A DNA stretch of 64,000 bases from Scyliorhinus canicula (lineage: Eukaryota), in NCBI RefSeq assembly GCF_902713615.1, contig NC_052165.1, positions 19,906,522-19,970,521 of the forward strand, in the 5' to 3' direction. Of the stretch, positions 12,568 through 26,185 are shown piece by piece. The position numbers and the translations under genes were made by a program. Under the pieces are notes generated by a model, which searched no databases, was not told the origin of the DNA, and worked only from the letters and a program-made list of their open reading frames with translations. Position 1 is the stretch's first letter; every line of letters begins with the position of its first letter.

Positions 12568-15500
12568 GCTGTGCGAATGTGAAGGGTTGCACAATACAAC
12601 TTTTCCAGAGCAAACCAAGGAGTGAGTGAGAAGAAAAAAAAATATGGCTGAACCTAGGATAAAGATGGCCGGATATGACTACCCCTCCTTATATTCTGAA
12701 AAGGGATGTTACGACCAATGGAGAAGTGCAGTAGTTATGTGGACTATGGTAATTGCCTTGGGAAAGAGAAAACAAGGTCTGGCATTGGCTCTTTCTCTAC
12801 CTTATGACAGTAAAATCCAAAGAAAAGTGTTTTCTGAGCTGGAATTGGAAGAGTTAGACTCAGAAGAAGGTCTGGAGACTCTAATATGTTATATGGATAA
12901 GATTAATAAAAAGGATGACCTGTTAAGTGAATATGCAGCATGGTTGGATTTTGATAGGTTCTGGAAAATACAGGATTTCTCCATGGAAGAGTATATAATG
13001 GAATTTGGCAGACTATATAAAAGGCTGCAGAAACACAACCTGGAATTTCCACAGTCTGTGTTGGCCTTTAAATGACTTGACTGTGCTAGAGTGAGCAACA
13101 TGGATAGGCTCCTGGTTTTGACAGGAGATCAGTTTGCGGATAAGAATACCTTATTCGATCAGATGACAGAAGCTTTAAAGAAGTTTCTGGGGAAACATTT
13201 GATTCTGATGATTCTGATGACCCAAATAGGTCAGTCTGCAATAAAGCAGAATATAGAAGATACACTACTAACAGGATGGTGAAATCGCATGGCTACAAAC
13301 AGGTTCCAAGACTATGGAAGGAGATTGGGACCCAGAAATTATGAAGACAGAAACCCAGTTAGAACCTACAACAGGAAGATGAACCCCAGAAATGCCCGGG
13401 GTATGATAAATCGATGTTTTCGATGTGACTCTCAATACCCGTTATGCTGTCAACTTCCAACACGTTAGAATAGAGTATTTGAAGCAACACATGAAACAGA
13501 AGAGTCAGAAGAGGAAAAAGATAGTGACCAGAAAGAAGACATTGTCCTATTAACAAGCAGTTTTACAGAGGGTGTTGGTTGCAGAATCCTTCAATTGTGC
13601 TGTATTGGACAGTGGCTGCACATCTACTGTGTGTGGGATTGACTGGTTAAAATGTTACCTGGACTCCTTGAATGCTGAAAATCGTAACAAGGTTAAGGAA
13701 TTTGAAAGTTCCACAAGTTTCAGGTTTGATAATACTCTGAAGTCGCTGAAAAGAGTGGTGATCCCTTGCAATATTGCCGGAGTGAATCATTTCATTAGCA
13801 CAGATGTTGTATCAAGTGAGATACCTTTGCTTCTGAGCAGACCGTCGATGAAGTAAGCACACATGAAACTGGATATGGAACAGGATAAGGCAACAGTTTT
13901 TGGAAAGACGGTGGACTTACAATTTACACAGTCGGGACACTATTGTATTCCTTTACTGACAAATAATATTTCAAGTGCAGTTGTTAAGGATGTGTTAATG
14001 GCAGTTGAAAATGGGACTTTAGCTGGTAAAAAGCTTGTTGTAGTAAAACTGCATCGGCAATTTGCACACCCGTCTCCTCGGAGGCTGAAAATTTTATTAA
14101 AGGATGCAGAGTTAAGGGATGAAGACTATGCTATACTAATAGAACAGGTTAGTGATCGCTGTGAAGTTTGTAGGAAGTACAGAAGGACACCAGCACGACC
14201 GATTGTAACCCTACCTCTGGCCAGGGATTTTAACACAAGACATTGCGGCCTTGGACCTTAAGATCTGGGATGAAGCCAATAATATATTTATTTTGCATTT
14301 TTTAGATTTAGCAACCAGATTTAGTCAATCAACTATTGTAAGAAGAAAGAGAGTAATTTGTGGAAGAAAGGAATGGGCCCACCGGCAAAATTCCTTACAG
14401 ACTATAGTCTCTATCCTAGAAATCCTGAAATTCCGTCCATTTTAGATGACCAGCCTCCAGCTTGGGAAGGGACTACAATTAGCTCTGGCTTTGCTGAGCA
14501 TTTAAATACACTACATGGTAGTATCAAAGCTTTTTTGGAAGCAGAAGTCTCTGAAAGAATTCGCAGAGCTTTAAGACATAATGTACGACCATCAAATACC
14601 GTTTTTCAACAAGGAGACATTGTATACTATAAGAGAGACAATCTTAATGAATGGGAAGACTCAGGGAAGATCAAAGGCATAGATGGCAAAACAATTATTT
14701 TGCAACATGGCAATCAAACTGTTAGGGTACATTCATCAAGGATAATGGGTATAGGTAACAAATTTTCAAATTTAGACAGAGCAGACAGACATAACGAGGA
14801 ACCAGAGTCATCTGGTACGCGCGCGTTACAGAACTATTACAGGAGCAGTTAACTGATATAGACAGGGTTTCTGTAGAGGAACACAACACTTCTGATAAAT
14901 TAGATCAGGCCATTTTCCCGAAAGGGCAACTGCCAAAGGTTGGTACAAAAGTGACATACTTGCCTGAAGGGTCTAGTCAGGTCCGCAGGAAAAGGTCGAG
15001 AACTATTGAAAGGACATCCCACAGCAGAAGGGAAAGATCAAGCAGTAGCAGTACAGAACGAAATACCAGGCGGGAGAGGGAACGTAGTTTATCAAGATCT
15101 CGGAACATGAGTAAGACTACGAATACTATTAGGAGTAGAAGCCCACATGCACGTGATATTTTGATGGCTTCCAATAAATTAGATGCCAAACAGCAAGAAC
15201 TGGATAGTTGGAGTGAATTTGGGGAATACACGGAAGTACCGGCTAGGGGACAAAGAGCTCTATCCCACAGATTGATTTGCACGGAAATGGTTCTTCCGGA
15301 TGGAACTTATAAGGCAAAGGCTAGGCTTGTGGCTAGGGGATTTGAAGAAAACTTAGAAGATCAGGATTTAAGGGTAGATTCACCTACGGCAGAAAAGGTT
15401 ATTTTAAGGTCTTCTTGACTCTATTAGCCACAAAGGCATGGGAATGCAAATCTATAGCTATGAAAGCTGCCTTTTTGCAGGGGCATCAGCTCCAGAGAGA

Positions 15501-15787
15501 CATTTTTTCCCGTCCTCCTAAAGAGGCAGCTAACACAGAAGGGGTACTCTGGAAGTTGAACAAATGTGTATATGGATTAAAAGGTGCGTCTAGAGTCTGG
15601 TCTTTTTCGGTAAGGTCAGTTTTGTTCAAGTTAGGCTGTTGCCATTTGAAAGCAGATCTGGCAATGTTTTACTGGCACTATAAAGGAAATCTTTCTGGCA
15701 TCTTTATGATGCATGTCGATGATTTTTTGTGGGGTGGGACTATTGATTTTGAAGCTATTGTAATCTTTGGTTTGAGGAAAGAATTCA

Positions 15788-16146
15788 GGGCAGTACGGTG
15801 GCATTGTGGATAGCACAACTGCTTCACAGCTCCAGGGTCCCAGGTTCGATTCCGACTTGGGTCACTGTCTGTGCGGAGTCTGCACATCCTCCCCGTGTGT
15901 GCGTGGGTTTCCTCCGGGTGCTCCGGTTTCCTCCCACAGTCCAAAGATGTGCAGGTTAGGTGGATTGGCCATGATAAATTGCCCTTAGTGTCCAAAATTG
16001 CCCTGAGTGTTGGGTGGGGTTACTGGGTTATGGGGATAGGGTGGGGGTGTTGACCTCGGGTAGGGTGCTCTTTCCAAGAGCCGGTGCAGACTCGATGGGC
16101 CGAATGGCCTCCTTCTGCAATGTAAATTCTATGATAATCTATGATA
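15788..16146 (+). mobile_element. Young HE1-type SINE inserted in the copia RT
   Basis: Full head, body and (TCTATGATA) tail; interrupts LRKEFR...ASGAFKYIG. Confidence 0.92.
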
Positions 16147-17499
16147 AAGCAGGCTTCCGGTGCATTTAAATATATTGGACTGGAAATCAGACAGACTAAG
16201 TTAGGGGCAACTTTACGTCATCAATCTTATTTGGAAAGCATCAGCCTAGTAAATAGCAATTAGTCGTGGCCGGGTTTCACAAAAAGATGCAATGGTTTCA
16301 AAGATGGAAAAAAGCAACTGCAAAGTTTAATTAGGCAACTGAATTAGTTAGATAGACAGACTAGACCGGACCTGAGTTTTGATGTCTTAGAGTTGAATAC
16401 AAAAATGAATGATCCCAAAGTGGAAGACATAATAAGAGCAAATAAAGTGTTGGCCAAACTAAAAACGCAGGAGTGTGTTTTGAGGTTTTAGGTGACCTTC
16501 GGCACTTGAAACTCATAGTTTATCGTGATGCGTCCGATGCAAATTTATCTGATGGAGTTTCAAGCGCAGGAGGTTTTATAACTTTCCTTTTGGGGAACAA
16601 TGGTAAATGTTTCCCTCTTGTGTGGGAAGCAAAGAAAATAAGGAAAGTGGTCAAAAGCATTTTGGCAGCTGAGACATGAAGCCTTCTAGAGGCGGTGGAT
16701 ATGGCCTTCTATATATATCAGAAATTGACAGAAATTTTGGGATTAGGGGATTTGAGTAATATACCTATTGATTGTCACATTGACAATAAATCCCTGTGGG
16801 AAAATGTGCACTCTACAAAAAGTGTCAATGAAAAAAGGTAGAGGATAGGCATCGCAAGTTTGAAGCAGATGTTGGACAGCGGAGAAATAGCAAAAATTAA
16901 ATAGGTCGACAGTAACTATCAATTGTCAGACTGTTTTACAAAAAGAGGGGCTAGTTCACATAAACTTTTGGATATTGTTAATGAAGGACACCTTTTTCTG
17001 TGACTGATTGTTTCTTCACAAAAAAAAATGGAAAAAAAGGGGGGAAATTGCGTGTGTTTTTGAGTTTCTTGTAATTTTGTTTTCACCTAATAATTTTTTT
17101 CTCCAAGGAAGGGAGACTGTTAAGTAATGGGTTAAGAGACATTCCAATTAGTTGTCTCATTTATGTTAAGTATCCAATAATTGACAGTAACATGTAAAGG
17201 GGCTTCAGGTGGCCTTTGTGTGAGGTGATGTGATGATAGAGTTTTGTGCAAAGTCTGTTCAAGTGGAATAAGGATGTTTGTAATAGGAGAAGTACCTTTG
17301 GCTCTTTATACAACAGCAGCTAAATGAATAACACCAAACAGTTTGGCCCGCTCCCGATAGCGCAATCAGGATCTTACATAGAAAGGGCGAGGACCTGATC
17401 ACACCACATTGGCATTCATTTCACTCTCCTTAGCGAGATTAAAGTTGAATGCAGCAGCCTCCCAGGAGTCACCCGCTCCCCAGTGAGAAGTCACGTACA

Positions 17500-18090
17500 T
17501 GAGGTATTCAAGCCATCCTTAAGTATAGTGGACACGTGTAAAAGGGCCAATCACAGTTGCAGCCTTTCTGCCATACCGAGCCCTGCTTCAGCTTGTCTCA
17601 TGAAAGTCTATTTCACCCCCTTTGACTGTGACCAGCCTCTTGCTTCTCAAAGGAGGGATTAGCCTTGTTCGCAGTGACAGATCTGATGGCCCCTAAACTC
17701 CCATGTGCCTCCTCTACCGGGTGCGATGAGGGGCTGGAAAGAGGATGACCTGCTCCTTGGCTTGACAAAACTTGCCATAACAGGACGAGGCAGCGGGCTA
17801 CCAAGGGGTAATCCGACAGGACTGTCTGCAACTTTTCCTCTGCTCCATTCACGGCAGGGTTTCCCTAGAGAGGGAGCATGCAGTGTCCAAGGGCATCATC
17901 GAGGCTTTCCATGCCCGGTGCGCACCGCAGGGACTAGGGCGCTTAATTGACCTTTTAAATCACCTTTTGATTTCATGTTTTAAGTTTAATTTGTTCTTTG
18001 TTTTTATTTAGGGCAATGTCCCTTTAAGGAGCTGCCCCTTTTAATTTGTCCCTCAGTTTATTTGATTTTGTTTAATTAGTGAACTTAAAA
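17500..18090 (+). mobile_element. Tx1-like LINE 3' fragment, degraded
   Basis: Remnant reading EDDLLLGLTKLAI typical of Tx1 ORF2 C-termini, followed by a T-rich 3' UTR; boundaries approximate. Confidence 0.5.
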
Positions 18091-18759
18091 TATTTCAAGT
18101 GTCACCTCAAAAGAACAGGTGGCCTGTCTGAGAGGATGAGTGGCCTGAATGTCCTGCAAGCTTTGATGCCTGGAAAACGTGCCTGTTCTCCAGGAGCATC
18201 AACACCATAGAGGCAGCTGCCAACAATTAAACACTGAGGACCCTCGCATGGCCAAAGGATAATTTTGTAAGGAGCACGAAGAGTCCGCACTGAGTGTGTC
18301 GAAACAAAAACTTAAACAAAACAAAAACTTATTTCCTTTCGCAAACTATATACAGCTCCAGTAGTTTCCTACTGAGTTCACTAATCAGTGCCTTACTGGC
18401 TGACTCTATTTTTCAAAGAGAATATCGTTCTGAAAGATCCACAGGGTAGTTAATCATCCCTACCCCGTAAGACCCATGTGTGTTATAACAGGTAACTTTC
18501 TGGATGAATATTGGACCACTGAGCATGACCTCCCTAATGTTCCCGGCAGAGATCTGGGGTCTGGGTGTTCCTGATCTGGGCGGGAGTGAGTGTGCAGAGT
18601 GAAGTTTGCCAGCACAACTGGCTCGTTGGATGTCACTCTGAGAGAAGGCAGGACAGTTATGTTAGAGGTGGCAGGCTTGGGGAATTTGAGATTCCCGGGA
18701 TGGAAGCCCTAACTGACTGTCGGTCTCTCTCTCTCCTTCTCCAAATCCTTCCAGATATC

Positions 18760-19940
18760 AAGATGAATGTTGACGTTGATCCCGGTGAGGATGACATTGT
18801 TCTGCTTGTTGCAGCCAAGCCGGGCAGATGGTGTCAAGATCAATGCAGGCTGGAGCCTTCAGCACCCGGCCGCCCGTCAGGCTGAGGAGGGGGCCAGAAG
18901 GGGAGACCAATGGTGTGTGAGGGTGTACAGGAGTCGATGGTTGGTCAATGAGCTGATGGACACCATGTGCCACACGAGAGTGTGTCTCAGTAGGGAGACA
19001 GTGCGGCACCTATGCCACATCCTGACAGACATGGCACCCTGTGGGGGAGGAGGACACCCACTCCCGGTGGCTGTGAAGGTCATGGCAGCCCTTAATTTCT
19101 ATGCCACTGAGGCGTTCCAGGGCTCGAACTGCGACCTGTTTGGCATCTCATATTCGTCAGCCCACAGGGTCGTCCGGAGGGTGACAGATGCTCTGTGTGC
19201 CTGGGCAGCCAACTACATCACCTTTGACCTGGACCAGCCCATCATGATGCCCAGACTTCAGGATTTGCCACTATTGCCAAGATGCCCCAGGTCCAGGGGG
19301 CCATCGATTACATGCATGTCGCCCTGCGAGCACTGGGGCATCAGTGAGTGCCCTATATTAATAGGAAAGGGTCCCACTCCCCAAATGTTCAGATCAAGTG
19401 GTATCACCGTTCGGAGATCAGGCGCATGTATGCCCGCTACCCTGGGAGCCTGCATGACAGCTATTTCCTGTGGCACTTGCAGATCCCTGGTGTCTGGATG
19501 ATGGATTGGCTCGTAGGAGACAAGGGATAGCCGCTGAGGTCATGGCTGCTGGATGTCTCTGTGGAGCCTGAAACCGATGCGTAGACCTGATACAATGAGG
19601 CCCACGCTGTCACCAGTGCTGCCATTGAGCAGCGCATTGGGCTGCTGAGAATGCGGTTCCTTTGCTTGTACCACTCTGGTGGTGCCCTGCACTGCACCCT
19701 CCAGGGGGTCCCCCACTTTGTGGTGGTCTGCTGTTCACTGCTCAATCTGGCAGCAGGACGACATGGTGGGCGGGTAGGAGGAGGAGCATGTAAACATGTG
19801 GTCTCGTTTGAGGAGGAGGAGGGGAATCAGGAGGGGATGGAGGACGAGCCCGGGGAGGACCGGAGAATGGACAACAGGCGGCGGGAAGCCTCCAACAGGC
19901 CAAGAGGACCAGGGAGGCCCTCATCATCTTCAGGTCCACA
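18760..19940 (+). pseudogene. PIF/Harbinger (HARBI1-like) DDE transposase remnant
   Basis: Across frameshifts: LPVAVKVMAALNFYA, GISYSSAHR, VQGAID, YINRKG.HS.NVQ, ARYPGSLHD, LVGDKG, IEQRIGLLRMRF; host element probably starts at ~12247 and resumes after 26190. Confidence 0.88.
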
Positions 19941-19980
19941 GTGGCCTTCAGCTTGACACACCTTTCATCACAACTCACTT

Positions 19981-22900
19981 CCCCGATCACCCTGGTCCCC
20001 CTCCCGATCACCCTGTTCTCCCGATCATCCTGTTCCCCTCCCGATCACCCTGTTCCCTCTCCCGATCACCCTGTTCTCCCGATCACCCTGTTCCCCCTCC
20101 CTGATCACCCTGTTCCCCCTCCCCGATCACCCTGCTCCCCCTCCCGATCACCCTGTTCCCCCTCCCAGATCACCCTGCTCCCCCTCCCGATCACCCTGCT
20201 CCCCCCCGATCAACCTGTTCCCCCTCCCGATCAAACTGTTCCCCCTCCCCGATCACCCTGCTCCCCCTCCCCGATCACTCTGTTCCTCCTCCCAATCACC
20301 CTGTTCTCCCGATCATCCTGTTCCCCCTCCCGATCACCCTGTTCCCCCTCCCGATCACACTGTTCCCCTCCCCGATCACCCTGTTCCCCCTCCCCGATCA
20401 CCCTGTTCCACCCCGATCACCCTGTTCCCCCTCCCCGATCAGCCTGTTCCCCTCCCCGATCACCCCATTACCCCCCCCGATCACCGTTCCCCTCCCCGAT
20501 CACCCTGTTCCCCCTCCCGATCACCCTGTTCCCCCTCCCCCATCACCCTGTTCCCCCTCCCGATCACCCTGTTCCCACCCAATCACCTTGTTCCTCCTCC
20601 CGATCACCCTGTTCCATCTTCCCGATCACCCTGATCCCCCCCGATCTCCCTTTAACCCCCCCGATCACCCTGTTCCCCCTTCCCGATCACCCTGTTCCCC
20701 CTCCCGATCACCCTGTTCACCCTCCCGATCACCCTGTTCCCCCTCCCGATCACACTGTTCCCCCTCCCGATCACTCTGTTCCCCCTTCCCGATCACCCTG
20801 TTTGTGCTCCCGATCCCCCTGTTCCCCTTCCCGATCACCCTGTTCCCCCCCCCCCGATCACCCTGTTCTTCCTCCCGGTCACCCTGTCCCCCCCCCCCCC
20901 CCCCCAATCACCCTGTTCCCTCCCCGATCACCCTGTTCCTGCTCCCGATCACCCTGTTCCCCCTTCCCGATCACCCTGTTCCGCCCCCCCGCCCCCGATC
21001 ACCCTGATCCTCCTCCCGATCACCCTGTTCCCCCTTCCCGATCACCCTGTTCCTCCTCCCGATCACCCTGTTCCCCCTTCCCGATCACCCTGTTCCTGCT
21101 CCCGGTCACCCTGTTCCCCCTTCCCGATCACCCTGTTCCCCCTCCCGATCACCCTGTTCCCCCCCCCGATCACCCTGTTCCCCCTTCCCGCTCACCCTGT
21201 TTATGATCCCGATCACCTTGTTCCCTCTTCCCGATCACCCTGTTCCCCCCCCGGTCACCCTGTTCTTCCTCCCGGTCACCCTGTTCCTCCCCCCGATCAC
21301 CCTGTTCCCCCCCCGATCACCCTGTTCCTGCTCCGGATCACCCTGTTCCCCCTTCCCGATCACCATGTTTCCCCCCCCCCCCCCCCCGATCACCCTGTTC
21401 CTCCTCCCGATCACCCTGTTCCATCTTCCCGATCACTCTGTTCCTGCTCCCGATCACCCTGTTCCCCCTTCCCGATCACCCTGTTCCTCCTCCCGATCAC
21501 CCTGTTCCCCCTTCCTGATCACCCTGTTCCTGCCCCCGGTCACCCTGTTCCCCCTTCCCGATCACCATGTTCCCCCCCCCCCCGATCACCCTGTCCATCC
21601 CCCCGATCACCCTGTTCCCCCTCCCCGATCACCCTGTTCCCCCTCCCTGATCACCCTGTTCCCCCCGATCACCCCGTTCCCCCTCCGCGATCACCCTGTT
21701 CCCCCTCCCGATCATCCTGTTCCCCCACCCCGATCACCCTGTTTCCCCTCCCCGATCACCCTGTTCCCCCTCCCCGATCACCCTGTTCCCCCTCCCGATC
21801 ACTCTGAAAATGAAAAAATGAAAATCGCTTATTGTCACGAGTAGGCTTCAATGAAGTTACTGTGAAAAGCCCCTAGTCGCCACATTCCGGCGCCTGTCCG
21901 GGGAGGCTGGTACGGGAATCGAACCGTGCGGCTGGCCTGCTTGGTCTGCTTTAAAAGCCAGCGATTAGCCTTGTGAGATAAACCAGCCCCTCTGTTGCCC
22001 CTCCCCGATCACCCTGTACCCCCTCCTGATCACCCTGTTCCCCCTCCCCGATCAGACGATGTGGAGTCTGTGTGGGTAGAGTTGAGGAACCACAAAGGCA
22101 AAAAAACCATAATGGGAGTTATGTACAGGCCTCCTGACAGTGGTCAGGACCAGGGGCACAAAATGCACCACGAAATAGAAAGGGCATGTCAGAAAGGCAA
22201 GGTCACAGTGATCATGGGGGACTTCAATATGCAGGTGGACTGGGTAAATAATGTTGCCAGTGGACCCAAAGAAAGGGAATCCATTGAATGTTTACAGGAT
22301 GGCTTTAGTGTTATGTAATGAGCCAGAATTGATAAAAGATCTTAAAGTAAGGGAACACTTAGGAAGCAGTGATCATAATATGGTAGAATTCAGTCTGCAA
22401 TTTGAAAGAAGGAAGGTAGAATCAGATGTAAAGGTTTTATAGTTAAATAAAGGTAATTACAGGCGCATGAGGGAGGAACTGACGAAAATCGACTGGAAGC
22501 AGAGCCTAGTGGGAAAGACAGTAGAACAGCAATGGCAGGAGTTTCTGGGAGTAATTGAGGACACAGTGCAGATGTTCATCCCAAAGAAAAGAAAGGTTAT
22601 CAGAGGGAGGATTAGGCAGCCATGGCTGACAAAGGAAGTCAGGGAATGCATCAAGGCAAAAGAGAGAGCCTATAATGTGGCAAAGAGTAGTGGGAAGTCA
22701 GAAGATTGGGAAGGCTACAAAAACAAACAGAGGATAACAAAGAGAGAAATAAGGAAGGAGAGGATCAAATATGAAGGTAGGCTAGCCAGTAACATTAGGA
22801 ATGATAGTAAAAGTTTCTTTAAATACATTAAAAACAAACGGGAGGCAAAAGTAGACATTGGGCCGCTCCAAAATGACGCTGGTAATCTAGTGATGGGAGA

Positions 22901-25900
22901 CAAGGAAATAGCTGAGGAACTTAATAAGTACTTTGCGTCAGTCTTCACAGTAGAAGACATGAGTAATATCCCAACAATTCAGGAAAGTCAGGGGGCAGAG
23001 TTGAATATGGTTGCCATCACAAAGGAGAAGGTGCTAGAGAAACTAAAAGGTCTGAAAATTGATAAATCTCCGGGCCCAGATGGGCTACATCCTAGAGTTC
23101 TAAAGGAGATAGCTGAAGAAATAGTGGAGGCGTTAGTTATGATCTTTCAAAAGTCACTGGAATCAGGGAAAGTCCCAGAGGATTGGAAAATCGCTGTTGT
23201 AACCCCCCTGTTCAAGAAGGGAACAAGAAAAAAGATGGAAAATTATAGGCCAATTAGCCTAACCTCGGTTGTTGGCAAAATTCTAGAATCCATCGTTAAG
23301 GATGAGATTTCTAAATTCTTGGAAGTGCAGGGTCGGATTAGGACAAGTCAGCATGGATTTAGTAAGGGGAGGTCGTGCCTGACAAACCTGTTAGAGTTCT
23401 TTGAAGAGATAACAAATAGGTTAGACCAAGGAGAGCCAATGGATGTTATCTATCTTGACTTCCAAAAGGCCTTTGACAAGGTGCCTCACGGGAGACTGCT
23501 GAGTAAAATAAGGGCCCATGGTATTCGAGGCAAGGTACTAACATGGATTGACGATTGGCTGTCAGACAGAAGGCAGAGAGTTGGGATAAAAGGTTCTTTT
23601 TCGGAATGGCAACCGGTGACAAGTGGTGTCCCGCAGGGTTCAGTGTTGGGGCCACAGCTGTTCTCTTTATATATTAACGATCTAGATGACGGGACTGGGG
23701 GCATTCTGGCCAAGTTTGCCGATGATACAAAGATAGGTGGAGGGGCAGGTAGTATTGAGGAGGTGGGGAGGCTGCAGAAAGATTTAGACAGTTTAGGAGA
23801 ATGGTCCAAGAAGTGGCTGATGAAATTCAACGTGGGCAAGTGCGAGGTCTTGCACTTTGGAAAAAAGAATAGAGGCATGGACTATTTTCTAAACGGTGAC
23901 AAAATTCATAATGCTAAAGTGCAAAGGGACTTGGGAGTCCTAGTCCAGGATTCTCTAAAGGTAAACTTGCAGGTTGAGTCCGTAATTAAGAAAGCAAATG
24001 TAATGTTGTCATTTATCTCAAGAGGCTTGGAATATAAAAGCAGGGATGTACTTCTGAGGCTTTATAAAGCATTAGTTAGGCCCCATTTAGAATACTGTGA
24101 GCAATTTTGGGCCCCACACCTCAGGAAGGACATACTGGCACTGGAGCGGGTCCAGCGGAGATTCACACGGATGATCCCAGGAATGGTAGGCCTAACATAC
24201 GATGAACGTCTGAGGATCGTGGGATTATATTCATTGGAGTTTAGGAGGTTGAGGGGAGATCTAATAGAAACGTACAAGATAATGAATGGCTTGGATAGGA
24301 TGGACGTAGGGAAGTTGTTTCCATTAGCAGGGGAGACTAGGACGCGGGGGCACAGCCTTAGAATAAAAGGGAGTCACTTTAGAACAGAGATGAGGAGAAA
24401 TTTCTTCAGCCAGAGAGTGGTAGGTCTGTGGAATTCATTGCCACAGAGGGCGGTGGAGGCCGGGACATTGAGTGTCTTTAAGACAGAAATTGATAAATTC
24501 TTGATTTCTCGAGGAATTAAGGGCTATGGGGAGAGAGCGGGTAAATGGAGTTGAAATCAACCATGATTGAATGGTGGAGTGGACTCGATGGGCCGAATGG
24601 CCTTACTTCCACTCCTATGTCTTATGGTCTTATGGTCTTATGATCACCCTGTTCCCCCTCCCGATCACCCTGTTCCCCTCCCCGATCACCCTGTTCCCTC
24701 CCCAATCACCATGTTCCCCCTCTCCGATCACCCTGTTCCCCCTCCCCGATCACCTTGTTCCCCCTCCCGATCACCCTGTTCCCCCTCCCCGATCACCCTG
24801 TTCCCCCTCACGATCACCCAGTTCCCTTCCCCGATCACCGTTCCCCCCTCCCGATCACCCTGTTCCCCCTCCCGATCACCCTGTTCCCCCTTCCCGATCA
24901 CCCTGTTCCCCCTCACGATCACCCTGTTCCCTTCCCCGATCACCGTTCCCCCTCCCGATCACCCTGTTCCCCCTCCCGATCACCCTGTTCCCCCTCCCCA
25001 ATCACCCTGATCCCCCTCCCGATCACCCTGTTCCCCCCCCGATCACCCTGTTCCTGCTCCCGATCACCCTGTTCCCCCTTCCCGATCACCATGTTTCCCC
25101 CCCCCAATCACCCTGTTCCTCCTCCCGATCACCCTGTTCCATCTTCCTGATCACCCTGTTCCTGCTCCTGATCACCCTGTTCCCCCTTCCCGATCACCCT
25201 GTTCCTCCTCCCGATCACCCTGTTCCCCCTTCCCGATCACCCTGTTCCTGCCCCCGGTCACCCTGTTCCCCCTTCCCGATCACCCTGTTCCTCCTCCCGA
25301 TCACCCTGTTCCCCCTTCCGGATCACCCTGTTCCTGCCCCCGGTCACCCTGTTCCCCCTTCCCGATCACCCTGTTTCCCCCCCCCCGATCACCCTGTCCC
25401 CCCCCCGATCATCCTGTTCCCCCTCCCCGATCACCCTGTTCCCCCTCACGATCATCCTGTTCCCCCACCCCGATCACCCTGTTTCCCCTCCCGATCACCC
25501 TGTTCCCCCTCCCGATCACCCTGCTCCCCCTCCTGATCACCCTGTTCCCCCTCCCCGATCACCCTGTTCCCCCTCCCCGATCACCCTGTTCCCCTCCCCG
25601 ATCACCTGTTCCCCCTCCCCGATCACCCTGTTCCCCCTCCCGATCATCCTTTTCCCCCTCCCCGATCACACTGTTCCCCCTCCCGATCATCCTGTTCCCC
25701 CTCCCCGATCACCCTGTTCCCCCTCCCCGATCACCCTGTTCCCCCCCCCGATCACCCTGTTCCCCCTCCCCCTGATCACCCTTTCCCCCTCCCGATCACC
25801 CTGTTTCCCCCTCCCGATCACCCTGTTCCCCCTCCCGATCATCTTGCTCCCCCTCCCCGATCACCCTGTTCCCCCTCCCGATCACCCGGTTCCCCGTCCC

Positions 25901-26185
25901 CGATCACCCTGTTCCCCCTCCCGATCACCCTGTCCCCCCCCCGATCACCCTGTTCCCCCTCCCGATCACCCTGTTCCCCCTCCCGATCACCCTGTTCCCT
26001 CCCCGATCACCCTGTTCCCTCCCCAATCACCATGTTCCCCCTCACCAATCAGCCTGTTCCACCCCCTGCTCGATCAGCCTGTTCCCCATTTCCCGATCAG
26101 CCTGTTCCCCATTTGCCGATCACTCTGTTTTCTGCCTTCCCAATCACCCTGTTTCCCCCCTTCCCAGTCACGTTCCCCCTCCCCC
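19981..26185. repeat. Large C-rich minisatellite, 20-22 bp unit CCCGATCACCCTGTTCCCCCT, split by a SINE and a CR1
   Basis: Well over a hundred visibly repeated units at 19981-21803, 21991-22054 and 24642-26185. Confidence 0.97.
22055..24642 (+). mobile_element. CR1-clade LINE, 5'-truncated, with an intact 695-aa RT-containing frame (22467-24554)
   Basis: Partial AP-endonuclease (MGDFN, SDHN); KSPGPDG, NYRPISLTS, YLDFQKAFD, SGVPQGSVLGP, KFADD; (TCTTATGG)n tail. Confidence 0.95.

Larger units (their letters stand above)
12331..17333 (+). mobile_element. Ty1/copia LTR retrotransposon, GalEa-like, full span but decayed
   Basis: LTRs 12331-12547 and 17118-17333 (TG...CA, about 90% identical by eye); TSD CCAAA on both sides; PBS 12550-12567; PPT 17105-17117; order gag, PR (AVLDSGC), IN (LHRQFAH..CEVC), RT (KARLVARGF, HVDD, TRPD), RH (LSDCFTK); many stops and frameshifts. 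Confidence 0.93.

Noticed and set aside
15788-15860. tRNA-like sequences at SINE heads as tRNA genes
   Set aside because: They continue into SINE bodies and tails and do not form complete tRNAs.
18760-19940. Domesticated HARBI1 gene (and NAIF1 for the Myb-like frame at 31706)
   Set aside because: Both have stops and frameshifts and sit in transposon context.
19981-26185. CRISPR-like appearance of the repeat array
   Set aside because: Units are contiguous with no unique spacers, and the DNA is eukaryotic.
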